NCBI GenBank assembly: GCA_012295275.1
Contig: CM022675.1
Span: 8,494,001-8,558,000, forward strand
DNA length: 64,000 bases
Reading direction: 5' to 3'
Origin: Chrysomallon squamiferum
Taxonomy: Eukaryota; Animalia; Mollusca
Positions 1-13,142 of this stretch are shown piece after piece. The notes under the pieces are model-generated. The model was not told the DNA's origin. It was given only the letters and a program-made list of their open reading frames with translations, and ran no database searches. Made by a program: the position numbers and the translations under genes. Every line of letters begins with the position of its first letter. Position 1 is the first letter of the stretch.

Positions 1-243
1 TATAAACATAAACACACAGACATACATACTTTCACATACACATACACACATTTACATACTTTCACATACAAACACTCACACACACTTTCACACACACACA
101 CAGAGAGAGACACTCACACACACAAAAAGAAAGAGTTACGTATCAACCTGGCACTCTTCCAGGCTAAGCTGAGTTAATTCAATCAGACTAAGTGAAGCCC
201 ACTGATTGCCTCAACTAACTGTTTTCATTGGCAGCGTTACCTC

Positions 244-245
<2 letters not shown>

Positions 246-339
<94 letters not shown>

Positions 340-340
340 G
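246..340. repeat. (CT)n microsatellite
   Basis: Nearly pure CT dinucleotide run; explains the SLSL/ERER ORFs at 206-440. Confidence 0.97.
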
Positions 341-403
341 TGTACACACTTTGGTGTCTGTTTTCTCCGGGAATGCTGCAACAAGCCTGCTGCCACGCAT
401 TAC

Positions 404-474
404 CGAACAAATGAGGCCAGAGAGTAGCGGCAAAGCATGATGGGATACATGTGTTCGTGTTCGTGCTCGAGCAT
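404..474 (-). CDS. Candidate alternative first coding exon (MLEHEHEHMYPIMLCRYSLASFV + CG, phase 2) of an unidentified minus-strand gene
   Basis: ATG at 474, open 71 nt ending CG|GTAATG (donor GT at 403-402), inside a GC-richer non-repetitive island. Same phase as the other candidate exons. No homology recognised. Confidence 0.28.
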
Positions 475-857
475 GAGGTGTAATAATTTGTTTATCTCCC
501 GATCTGATATGGGGGGGGGGTAGGAACGTTTTTTTTAAAGATATATATCGCCCGAGTTAGATCGTTTTTTTTTTTTAATGAATGTAATGTTGGGGGGGGG
601 GTTAGAATGCATGTCATTGCTGATGGATGACAGGTTCCTGGATCATATTCTTCTTGATGAACTCAGAAAATAAATGTGCCGTTCCAGCCACTGCTCTGTT
701 TTGGCGTGTTTTTCGTTAACCTTTTCTTTACGATAAGCTCATATATCCACTAAACTTTTTTTTTTTACCCCCACTGTCTTAAAGAAAAAAATGTTCATGT
801 TGCTGAGAGAAGTGGACCTTACTAGAGACTCTCCCCAACACTGTATCAGCAGAGTTG

Positions 858-886
858 GTGCTGCCATCTGTGGGGAGGAAGTGAAA
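858..886. promoter_or_regulatory. CTCF-like motif adjacent to ETS-IRF composite-like motif
   Basis: Reverse strand of 858-875 reads CCCCACAGATGGCAGCAC (CTCF core AGATGGCAGC); GGAAGTGAAA at 877-886. Confidence 0.3.
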
Positions 887-940
887 CTACTAAAATTGTT
901 GATTTTGCCAGAAATTTAATTAATTACTCAGCGAAAGAGT

Positions 941-1180
941 TAAAAGATTCCTTGCCGTTTGTTGTTAAAAGTAGCCTACTGCTGAAGATGGGTTTGTGAG
1001 GTTATGATTGGACTTTGTCCTTGCTGTTTGTTAAATAAAAGGAGCCTGTTGCTGTTATGGGTTCTTAGAACTCTGTATTTGGTGTGTCAAAGGTCTTTGT
1101 TATGTCTTCTCATGTTTATAAGAAGTTAAATCTAAAAGAACTCTTGCTCCTTGCTGAAAAGTGTAAGCCTATGGTATGGA
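941..1180 (+). mobile_element. Three decayed internal fragments of the tRNA-derived SINE family
   Basis: taaaagattccttgcc..aaaagtagcc (941), tccttgctg..aaaaggagcc (1018) and taaaagaactcttgct..gaaaagtgtaagcc (1133) match each other and the reverse complement of the SINE segments at 40264, 55321 and 61085. Confidence 0.45.
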
Positions 1181-1267
1181 AAAGAGTTAATTTTTTTCTC
1201 TCAGATGATTATTATCATAGAAAGTGATTTTAGAAGAGAAAAGAAAAAATGAAAAGTTCACACTATC

Positions 1268-2266
1268 CTTTAAAACAGCTATCCCATAATCCTCTTCTTC
1301 AGACAACATTCTTGTCTGTCTATTAAATTATCTTCAAGGAATGAACGAAAGAAGAAAAAGTAATAACAAATGAAAAGACATTTTAGAAAGCCATTTAAAT
1401 GAAAAATCCCACAATTCCCTTCATCATTTATTCAAATAATTTTCACTTTTATCTAATTTTCTTAAAGAGAATTTTTTTTTTTTTTTTTTTTTTTTTTTTG
1501 GTTGTAGCTCTTTAAAAGACATATCCCATAATTCATTTCTCCACAAAACATCTTCACACAACCAATCAGTTCTGACTTCTTATTACTGGTAAATTGTCTT
1601 CACAAATAAAAAAAAATTAAAAAAGAAGAAGAAGAAGAAGAAAAAAAGGAAAAAAGAAAAGAAGAAACAAAAAAGAAAAGAAGAAAGAAAAAAGAAAAGA
1701 TGACAGAAAGGAAAAAACGAAAAGAAGGAAGAAAAGAAAAAAGAAATGCTAGACATTCAAAGCAGATATCCCATAATTCTCCTCTGCAGACAACATTTCT
1801 ATGTAATCAAATAATTTCCACTTGTTATTGAACTGTCTTGAAGACAGAATGAAAAACTAGCAAAGAAATAAAAAGGAAAGAAGAAAATGGTTCTTTCACA
1901 GACACCATTTTAAAAAAAAAAAACTGTCCCATAATTCTCTGTTTCAGACATTTCTCCATAATCAAAAAAATTCTCACATAATCCACTTGTCTCAAAGAAA
2001 GAAAGAAAGAAAGAAAGAAAGAAGGAAAAAAAGAATGAGGTGAAGAAAAAAGAAGAAAAGAAAGAAAAATTAACACTGGCACTTTAAAATAGATATCCCA
2101 TAATTCCCCTTTCCAGACATTTCCACTTAACTCAATAATCCAATGTTCTTTTTAAATTATCTTCAAAAAAAAAAAGAAAAAAAGAGAGAGACATAAAAGA
2201 ATGAAAAAAAGAAACAAAATGAACATTATAATCAAGAAAGAAAGAAAGAAGAAAAAAGAAAGAAAG

Positions 2267-2311
<45 letters not shown>

Positions 2312-2440
2312 AAAAATGTTCATTACAGACAAAAAAAAAAAAAAAAGAAAAAATATAAAACAAGGAATTTTTTTTTTTTTTTTTTCAGCTGTGGCCCTTT
2401 AAGAGAAATATCCCATAATTCATTTCTGCAGCTGAGATCC
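1268..2440 (+). repeat. Array of 7 copies of a ~40 bp motif (TTTAAAAnAGATATCCCATAATTC..CAGACA) with A/GA-rich or T-rich spacers
   Basis: Copies near 1268, 1394, 1508, 1756, 1907, 2082 and 2396, all with TCCCA(T/C)AAT. Confidence 0.8.
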
Positions 2441-2670
2441 CCACCTAACAGAATGATTCCACCACTTAATCCATCTGTCTTCAAATAGAAACAAAAATTT
2501 ACAAATCATTCAGACAATTATCACCACTAATAAAAAAATCTCGAGGCAACAGAAAATACATCAGTTCACAACATTTCAAATACACACACTAAGCTGTAAG
2601 TGCTATGGGGAACATGTTACTATAATCCATTGGTTAGTTTATTAGTATTTCAAATAAGAACAGTAAATCA

Positions 2671-3008
2671 TGTATGTGTGTGTGTATGTATGTATGTATG
2701 TATGTATATATGTATGTATGTATGTATGTATAAATATATATATCATGTATATGTATGTATGTATGTGTGTATAAATGTATGTATGTATGTATGTATAAAT
2801 GTATGTATGTATGTATGTATGTATAAATGTATGTATGTATGTATGTATGCATGTATGTATGTATGTATGTGTAAATGTATGTATGTACTTATGTGGATGA
2901 GATTATATATGTATGTATGTATGTATGTTTGTATATATGTGTGTGTATGTATGTATGTATGTATGTATGTATGTATGTATGTATGTATAAATCTATGTGT
3001 GTATGTAT
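2671..3008. repeat. (TATG)n microsatellite
   Basis: Imperfect ATGT run; source of the MYVC ORFs. Confidence 0.95.
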
Positions 3009-3361
3009 AATGGATTCAGGATGTAGCTTAATGGTTAAAATGTTAGTGTCACGTATTTCAAATAAAAAAACAGTTAATTCTTCCTAATCTAATTCTAGAC
3101 CAATTAGATCTCCATTTTGTCTGTGTTCTTTTTTTTCCCCATCAACAAGTTTTACATTTCTCTTCCATTTTTAGCTGAGAAAATGTAATAGAAAAAATAA
3201 TAATAATAATAAAAACAAAATTAAAAAAATAAATTTAATTTCTTTTTAAATTAATCTTTTAAAAGGATTTCCTGAGTGTTCACACTTAGCAGTTAGCAAA
3301 TACAAGATTAATTTAAGCATTTGGCAAATGGGAAATGCTCTCACATCAAAAACTGTAACAA

Positions 3362-3397
<36 letters not shown>

Positions 3398-3419
3398 CAT
3401 TTTATTCTTTCTCTCCTGC

Positions 3420-3960
3420 ATTCCATTAATAAATGTGTACAACACTTAAACACGACATTATGAGGATCTAATTCGAAAACAAATTTATATCAATTAACTT
3501 GTCCCAATCTGCATCAACGGTATTGATTGAGTGCAGGAGTCAAAAACATTACAGCCCAAAACCAGCCAATCATTGGTCAGGACACATCAATCATGGTGCT
3601 GATTGGTCGGATGGCATGCTACGCAATTTGCATGTTAATTAGCCAATCACTTCGCACGATAATGGTCACATAGATGTCATTAATTTATGGAAAATGAGGT
3701 CAAAGGGTTTTGAAGGGTTTTACAAATCTGTTAATAAACGCTGCAGTTAATGCATTTTGCTTAATATCTGAGATGAAAATGGCTGTTTGGTGAAAATAAA
3801 TTAAGTCATGGACTGGTTGTGATCCCATGATCCTCTTATTTGTATTCGCAGCAGTTGTAAGGAAAAATCGTTTCAGAGACTGTAATTGGTGTGAAATCTC
3901 TGCAGATGATGCTGTTAAATAAAACACTTTATTTCGAAAAAATTGTCAGTTATGAGGTTT
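3420..3960. promoter_or_regulatory. Motif-dense non-repetitive island (candidate enhancer or promoter)
   Basis: CCAAT/ATTGG at 3566, 3572, 3602 and 3643; ATCAATCA (Pbx-Hox type) at 3586; octamer ATTTGCAT at 3626; TAATTA at 3636; AGGTCA-A-AGGGTT at 3697. Confidence 0.45.
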
Positions 3961-4037
3961 ATGCTCTTTAGAGAGCTGTTTTTTTGCAACAAAGTGGTAG
4001 AACTGTAATAAATTAATATACAGGCAGACAAAATTGC

Positions 4038-4070
<33 letters not shown>

Positions 4071-6197
4071 GAATAAATATACACAGATACACATATATAC
4101 ATACATATAGACACATATAAATATATATATATATATATCCATATATATATTTATATATACATACATATACACACATATAAATATAAATATATACATACAT
4201 ACATACACACATACACACACACACATATGTACATACACACACATACATACATATACATACACACATACATATATATATATATATAAACCTTCACACACAC
4301 ACACACACACATATATACACAAAATATACAAACATAATATATATATATATATATACACACACAATAAATCTGTCCATTTTCATCAACATATTATATACAT
4401 TTCCACTTCTGTCCCAATATAATAAGTCCCAGTTGGAACTGGAAAATTCCTCCAAGACCACAAACAAGACTAGATCCAATGAACCTGACCATCACAGGCT
4501 AACAACCCATTCACCCATATTTGTGATAACCTTATCAAAATGTTTCATTCTTATCACAATATACTTTTTACTCCTTAGATCTCTATATTTCAAAGACAGA
4601 AACCACTATAAAGTTCACATATATACTGAGCAAAATAAACAACAACAAACAGGGATCACAAAATATATGTTAATGATTTTGTTGTGGTACTTTATTTTTC
4701 TTTAAATAAAAACTAAAATACATATAAACACTCAGATTTACAGACACACACACATACATACTTATACACTTATCTATTTGTTATCTTTAAAAACAAGACA
4801 GACAGACACACAGACAAAGAGGCAGAAATATAAATATTGCTGACAAAACAATATAAAAAAACATAAAAATAGAAAATTTCCCATATCCACTGAATAAATA
4901 CTACATTTCCTTGCATTAAAAATATTACAAAGTCCTTAACCTTTCTGCTCAGTATATTTTCCAAGCCAGCAATAGAGATGTATATAAAAAAACACACTAA
5001 GTAAACAGTTATTTATTAGTGATATATCTGTTACAATATACTGTACAGAACAAGATGCTATCATCCCCACCCACAGCTTAATCTGCATCCCTGGAAGTCT
5101 GGTAAATAAACTCAATATACTCCAACAGGGAGGTAGATATAACAAATGTCAAAGGTCAAGTAAGGTTATGGCTACTTAAAATGACATTAAAAGAATGTTC
5201 GTGTTAGTAGAGTCTAAGACAGAGGAGTTTTTTTTTTTTTTTTTTGGCTGAAAATGTATCACAATATGTGTGTGTGTGTGTGTTCTTATATATTTATGTA
5301 TGTGTCTATATGTGTGTGTATGTTTGTTATTCAAATAATGATTATATAACAGTTTTACAATTTCAGCACTGATGATATGATTATTGTTATTGTGGTTGCT
5401 AGTTACTGTTATTCTTGTTATTAATATGTGTTTACTTATTCTATTTAATTATTTTATATTCATTTATATTATTATTAATATTTAATTAATTAAACTTCAG
5501 TTTTTAGTTTTATTTATTATTTATTTATTCCAAGATGGTTTGCATAGTAATAAGAAATTAAGAAAAACAAAAAAGTAAATAAAGAAAAGAAAATATAGCA
5601 ATAAATTTTTCATTTGTTTTATTTTATTTTATTTTATTTTATTTTATTTTATTTTACATTATTTTATTTATTTATTTTTATTCTTTTAGCCTTTATTATT
5701 TATTCATTTTTAAAATTTTTATTAACATATTTTATTTTACTTTATATATAAAAAAAACAAAAAAACAAAAACAGATATGAAACTAAACTATCAACTAGCT
5801 TTACTCATTACATAATTTCAGCACTCATGAAACTCTTCAACAACAACAAAAAAAAACAAAAAAAACACAAAACCTCCAGAAACAAATCAATACAATGATA
5901 CTTTAACAATGTGACCCTTTAGAGGTCAAGCCTATTCAACAACCACAGTAATAAGTGCAAGACTGATCACACTTCAGCGTATTCATGGGCAGATATTTCA
6001 TTCAGTATTCATAACAATGTCAGAAAGATTACAGTAATTTGTGCACCGTGCATGATTCTTGTCTATAATTATCACTCATTTTGTTGCCATGGACAGTTAT
6101 CTCAGTGTGACTTGATTTGCTTTTTCTTTAAAATATCTATTTTTTTGTTAATTTAAATTCATTTCTTTGTCGCCATGAATGACAATCTTTTATGTAT

Positions 6198-6241
<44 letters not shown>

Positions 6242-6339
6242 CAGTTCTGTTCTTTGTTTTGAAATAATTGTGCTCTCCTTGTGAATTTTTTGGTTTTTTT
6301 TATCATTGTTATTATTTAGTTTTTAAAATTATATTTTTT

Positions 6340-6357
6340 GACTGTTTGTTTATTGAT

Positions 6358-6434
<77 letters not shown>

Positions 6435-6549
6435 TTTTTTTTTTAAAATTTATTAATCTTTATTTATTTATTTATTTGTTTATTATTTATTATTTATTTT
6501 TTAAAATTTATTTTAAAAATTTATTAAAATTTATTTATTTATTTATTAC

Positions 6550-6600
<51 letters not shown>

Positions 6601-6605
6601 TTTTA
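6340..6605. repeat. (TTTA)n microsatellite
   Basis: Imperfect TTTA run. Confidence 0.95.
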
Positions 6606-6821
6606 AAAATGTAAAAAATCTTAATATTTATTTCTTTTATTGTCTTATTAATTAATTCTGACAAAGCATGTAAATATATGTGTGGGCATGTATGTATGTA
6701 TGTATGTATGTATGTATGTATGTCTGTATGTTGTATGTATGTATGTATGTATGTATGTATATGTATTCATCAATATTTTATATTTGTATCAGTTCATTAA
6801 TCTATATGTGTTAGTGTGTGG

Positions 6822-6863
<42 letters not shown>

Positions 6864-7005
6864 TAATGAATTACACTAATTAAATAACTGTATAATTTAT
6901 AACCTAAGTACAACAGATGTTGAAAAACAGTGTAGCTGTTTTGGTAAAATCTCATAATGTGGTGACATCATTGAAAACAAGCAAAAAAAAAACAGAAATC
7001 ACCGT

Positions 7006-7300
7006 GGTAACTGAAGTGATCTCTGTAATGGAGAAACACTTCAGAAGTGCACTGTAGATGTAACATTTCTGAAGTGCATTGTAACGGAAGTTATCACTTT
7101 AATAGAGAAACACTTCAGAAATGCTATGTAACTGAAGTTATCACTTTAATAGAGAAAAACTTCAGAAATGCTATGTAACAGAAATTATCACTTTAATAAA
7201 CACTTCAGAAGTGCACTGTAACAGAAATTATCACTTTAATAGAACGAAAAAACTTCAGAAGTGCACGGAATCTGAAATTAACACTTCAGAAGTGCAGAGT
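7006..7300. repeat. ~48 bp minisatellite with internal palindrome CACTTCAGAAGTG
   Basis: About 6 copies of gtaactgaagttatcactttaatagagaaacacttcagaagtgcact. Confidence 0.85.
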
Positions 7301-7549
7301 AACTCTATCTTACAAATTACAACTTTCTGAAAAGCCTTCACAATAAACACACACTGTGTAAACCACAAAGACTGTTTAATGATACAAGCTCAGAAAACAG
7401 GAAAACAAGCTGAGGAACAAGCTATGAGAAAAGGCTATTAACAGACAACCAGGCCTCCATGAAGAAAACATCAACACCAGAGGGTTGTATGACCGATATG
7501 CCTTGCACCTAATAACACAGACACACACACACAGATACACACATCAAGA

Positions 7550-7850
7550 CAGCTGGATACTTACATGCAGAGATACAAGTAAAGAAAACTGGATATCTAC
7601 ATAGATGCTGTTGAAGAAAAACTGATATCAACATACAGAGAGATACAGCTAAAGATAACATGATAAAGACATGTACAGGCACAGCTAAAGAAATCTGGAT
7701 ATCTATATTATAGAGATACAGTTAATGATAACATGATATCTACATATAGAGATACAGTTAATGATAACATGATATCTACATATAGAGATACAGTTAATGA
7801 TAACTGGATATCTACATACAGAGATAGGCTACAGCTAATTATAACTGGAT
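7550..7850. repeat. ~36 bp minisatellite
   Basis: Repeated gatatctacatatagagatacagttaatgataacat, degenerate at the edges. Confidence 0.8.
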
Positions 7851-8192
7851 AAACACAAAATTAGAAGGAAACAAAACATGGACTACAAGACTGTATTAGT
7901 AGTGGACTATAAAACTGTTGATATTAACCAAGAGTTGTATCTTTTGGATATGATCATCAATAAAGAGACAATAAGATTGAGAGTATCAACAGATAGACTA
8001 TAAAAATTATTATGTATACACTCACAGGCACACACACATATACCTATCAGTATAGACAAACATTCATACATATATATATATATATATATACACATCCATA
8101 CATACATGCATACAAATACACACATATACCTCTATATACATACATTCACATTTACAAACATTTATATATACATACATACATACATACATACA

Positions 8193-8226
<34 letters not shown>

Positions 8227-8238
8227 CATTCATACATT

Positions 8239-8284
<46 letters not shown>

Positions 8285-9329
8285 TCAAATATCAAATATC
8301 ATCAAAACAAACAAGGTGTTTTATTATTCAGAAAGTTTTTTAAAACACAGGTGTAAATATCTAGTATCATTAAAAACCTGGTATTTTATGAGTAGACTGT
8401 TGTATATTTAATATAGGTGTACATAAGTAAATACTGAGAAAAAAAAAACAACATGTTTTACTGGGCAGGTGCTATTTTCTAAGCAAGACCACAAACCTAC
8501 CCAAAGTAAACCACACACATACATAAACATCAGCTGCTACAAAACACATAATGTATTTAATCTGAGATACAACACCTGTATTTTAAACATAAATTTTACA
8601 ATTTAAATAAGAAAATGGTGGCAGAAAAACTATAAATTTTCACCAAATAAAATTTCATAGTTTTGTTTTTCTATTTTAGACAAAAATACAACAATAAAAC
8701 TATTTATTACCAGATCTTTAAAAGTTTTGTGTTTATAAACATCGTAGATAGGTTTTAAGTTGACTGAACAAGTGTAGAAAAATTACTTAGTAAGCATCAC
8801 ACAATAGAATATGGTTGTGTATTGTATAACAAATAAGACTTGAGTGTGATTATGTTTTATATAATACATATATATCCATACACATAAATATATATGTATT
8901 TATTATATAAAACTAAACTTACACATGTATCTATATACACATATACACACACACATACACATACTTATATACATATATAGTTACATACAAATATATACTT
9001 ATATATGTATGCATGTATGTGTATATATACACAAAAAATAAACAAATATGTAGATATAACTATATATATGTTCATCTGTATATATCTGTGCATATATTTT
9101 ATGTATGTGTGTATATATATATATACATATATATATATGTATGTGTGTGTGTGTGTGTATCTGTCTGTCTGTCTGTCTGTGTGTATATATATATATATAT
9201 ATAAAAGAAAGACTACAGAACTAACAAAATTACATACTAACCTTGCTTTCAGAAGAACAAAGATAAACAGTTGATATGTCAAGAATCACAAACAAATATC
9301 CAATCACAATATGGATGACATTAATTCAT

Positions 9330-10150
9330 ATCCAGAATCACATTTTATCTTTTAATCAGACACGTCACCATAAACCTGTTAATTAATACTTGACATTAAT
9401 TCTCATACAAGATCATATATTTCACATCAGATCCAAGACCATATATTTTATATATCAGATAAATGATCAAAAATTCTTCACCATGTAATTATATCTGATA
9501 ATTCACACCTGAGATTATATACTTTATATCAGATATATGATCATAAATTCTGTATCACATTTAAATCTTTGGCTCCTGTGTGAAAAATGATATCACAAAT
9601 CTGATATTAAATATCATAAATGTTGTACCAAATCCAGACTCATATATTTTATATCAAAATATATCAAAATATATGATCATAAATTCTCTATCAAATTTAG
9701 ATCCTTACATAACATCCAAGAACGAAAACGTTATACAACATTCAATATGATATAAAATTTTATATCAAAAACATGATCATAAATTCTCCTTCACATCTGA
9801 ATCCTTAAATAACATCCAAGATCATAAATGTTATTATTATACACATCTAATATCATAAATGTTATTATGAATTTTCTACCACATAGATTTCCTAATAGTT
9901 CACATCCAATAACGTATATTTAAACCACGTGCATTGTGATATATGTTTTTTTTATCAGATATGTGGATCATAAATTCTTGATTATATACATTTCGTAAGA
10001 ACTGTCAACCAGAATTTATATATTTTATACCACATCCAACATATATATATATATTTTATATCATATATATATCTATATATATCATAAATCCTGTATCACA
10101 CACATATATTTCATAATAATTCACATCCGATATCATATACGTTTTATATC
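9330..10150. repeat. Old degenerate AT-rich tandem repeat
   Basis: Recurrent gatcataaattc / ttttatatca / cacatcc sub-motifs. Confidence 0.55.
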
Positions 10151-10316
10151 ACACACACACAAACGTATATATATATATGCGTGATCTTAAATCCGATATT
10201 CCATGCTTGATCGTAAATCTACTACGTAACACACACACACACATACATACACACACATATATATTATATGTATACACACACACACATATAACAAATAGAA
10301 GTTGGCTAAAGCTCAC

Positions 10317-10620
10317 AGCTATCCGATTCGCTGAACTCTGGCAATCCCCCTTTTACTTCTGCCGCCAGTTGAGGAATGTAGAAAATCACATGGTGTACAT
10401 ATGCATGCTTGTATGTGGTTTGTAGGTGATTAACAATGTGGTTCTAATTATTAGATATTTTCGGCTGTGATTATTGAAAAACAAATTAGGGCTGGGTCTG
10501 ATGCTGTTAAAGCTGGTAAAGACGGGACTGATTGGTTTGGTGGTAGCTGCCGTAGTTGCTGATGTGGTGGTGGTGGTGGTGGTGGTGGTCGTTGTCGTTT
10601 GCCTCCAGTTTGAACTGGTC
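10317..10620 (-). other. Candidate non-coding (5'UTR-like) exon
   Basis: GC-richer unique island with a (CAC)n tract, ending in GCT|GTGAGC on the minus strand (10316-10311). No ATG-led frame reaches the donor. Confidence 0.2.
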
Positions 10621-11364
10621 AAACAGTCATAAGTGTGTGTGTCTGTGTGTGTGTGTGTGTGTATGTGTGTGAGTGTGTGTGTGTGTGTCCATCTCTCTCT
10701 GTTTCTCTGTGTTTTTTCTCTTTCTCTTTTTCTTTTTCTCTGTCTTTCACTCTGTCTTTTTTCTCTTTCTCTGTCTCTCACTGTCTCTTTCGCTTTCTTT
10801 CTTTTTATCTCCCTCTCTGAATATATATGTGTGTGTGTGCATGTGTGTGTGTATTTATATACATATATAGACACATACACAATATATACATGCATGCAAA
10901 TACACATACTAAATAAATAATAATCTAAAATTTAAAAAAACGACAAATTATTGTCACTTTATCAAACTAAACTGAAATAATCAACAGTTTTTAGTTTATT
11001 TAAAATAATTCTCTAATCAATTATTCATCAACAACAATTCAGCCAGTTTAACAATGAAACTCTATTCAAATCTGTCAACAAAACAAACATTCATGAAAAA
11101 AACTCTTATCAGGAATTTACAGAGCTTTATCAGCAACAATTACATCATTTCATCAACAAAATTCTCATCAATTTGTCAACAAAACTTTTATCAATTTATC
11201 ATCAATACTCTTATCAACTGATCAACAAAACTTATCTACTTTCTGACAAAACTGTTATGAACTTATCAACAAAATTCTATGTTACCAATCAAAAAAACTG
11301 TAAGCAGTTTGTGTTAAAAACAAAACCAAAAATAAACCATCTAAACAAAAAACAACCAAAAACC

Positions 11365-11765
11365 AATTCACTGGTACATATCTTGTTCAAAAAAACAAAA
11401 AAAAAATTCACTGGTACATATTTTGTTAAAAAATAAAAATAACAAAAAACACCAATTTACTAGTACCTGACTTGTTGAAAAAAAAAAAAAAAAAAAAATT
11501 CACTGGTACCTATCTTGTTAAAAAATAGTAATAATTAAAAGTAGAAAAACATTTACCAATACCTGTCTTGTTTGAAAAAAAAAAAAACCAATTCACTGGT
11601 ATCTATCTTGTTCAAAAAACTAATAACAAAAAAAAAACAATTTACTAGTACCTGACTTATTCAAAAAAACGAAAAAACAACTTCACTAGTACCTATCTTA
11701 TTCAAAAAAAAATAATAACAAAAAAAAAAAAAAAAAAAAATTTACTCATACCTATCTTGTTAAAA
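11365..11765 (+). repeat. 9 copies of a ~23 bp motif (AATTCACTGGTACCTATCTTGTT) separated by A-tracts
   Basis: Copies near 11365, 11405, 11453, 11497, 11550, 11590, 11639, 11679 and 11739; two variants roughly alternate. Confidence 0.85.
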
Positions 11766-11839
11766 AACAAAAACAAAAAAAAAAAAAAAAAAACAAAAAC
11801 AAACAAAAAGGTCAAACAACCTTCTAAACCCAAAAGACA

Positions 11840-12110
11840 AATTCTCATCAATCACTGAATGTTATCACCAAACAGAAAATCATTTTTCAACACGACGCTA
11901 ACTCTGTCTAAATGAACAAGGAAAATGAAAACCGATCAATCAGTCACATGAAACAAACACAACTAAAATGAGTGCCAATCAGACAATCATCGGAAACATG
12001 CGCATGTGCACACGCGAACATGAAAAATGAAACATGCCTGACATGCATTCCTGTTTCAGAAATAACTTCCTTGATTCCTTTATTGATTGAGGAGTTTTGG
12101 ATTCCATGCT
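11840..12110. promoter_or_regulatory. Promoter-like island
   Basis: NRF1-like TGCGCATGTGCA at 11999-12010, GCCAATCAG at ~11973, CGGAAA at 11991, GATCAATCA at ~11934; locally CpG-containing. Confidence 0.35.
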
Positions 12111-12298
12111 TGGGAATGTGTTTGAGTTAGTTTGTTAGGATGTTAGCTAGGAGAGATAGAATGTGTATTGTAATTCTATGTTTAAGACTTTTAGTTTTGG
12201 TTAGTATGGTTGGGAAGTTAGTTAAGTGAAAAAGATAATGTGGAATTTGGGTTCTATGATAAACACTATGTTTTGAGTTAGTTTGTTAAGAAGTTAGC

Positions 12299-13142
12299 TA
12301 AGTCTCATGTCTTAACCCCAGTGCCGCACAAAGTATCATGTCTTAACCAGTGCCACTAAGCCTCATGTCTTAACCACAGTGCCACCAAGCTTCATGTCTT
12401 AACCACAGTGCCACTAAGTCTCATGTCTTAACCACAGTGCCATACAAAGTCTCATTTCTTAACCCCAATGCCACTAAGTTTCATATCTTAACCACAGTGC
12501 CACACAAAGTCTCATGTCTTAACCCCAGTGCCACACAAAGTATCATGTCTTAACCACAGTGCCACACAAAGTCTCATGTCTTAAAAACAGTCCCACACTA
12601 AGTATTATGTCTTAACCCCAGTGCCACACCAAGTCTCGTGTCTTAACCCCAATGCCACTAAGTTTCATGTCTTAACCACAGTGCCACACAAAGTATCATG
12701 TCTTAACCACAGTGCCACACAAAGTATCATGTTTTAACCACAGTGCCACACAAAGTCTCATGTCTTAACCCCAATGCCACTAAGTTTCATGTCTTAACCA
12801 CAGTGCCACACAAAGTATCATGTTTTAACCACAGTGCCACACAAAGTCTCATGTCTTAACCACAGTGCCACACAAAGTATCATGTCTTAACCCCAGTGCC
12901 ACCCGAAGTCTCATGTCTTAATCACAGTCCCACACAAAGTCTCATGTCTTAACCACAGTGCCATACAAAGTCTCATGTCTTAACCACAGTGCCACACAAA
13001 GTATCATGTCTTAACCACCAAGTTTCATGTCTTAACCACAGTGCCACACCAAGTCTCATGTATTAACCACACTGCCATTAAGTCTCTTGTCTTAACCACA
13101 GTGCCACACAAAGTATCACGTCTTAACCCCAGTGACACCTAA
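12299..13142. repeat. 28-31 bp minisatellite (aagtctcatgtcttaaccacagtgccacaca)n
   Basis: About 28 highly similar tandem copies. Confidence 0.97.
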
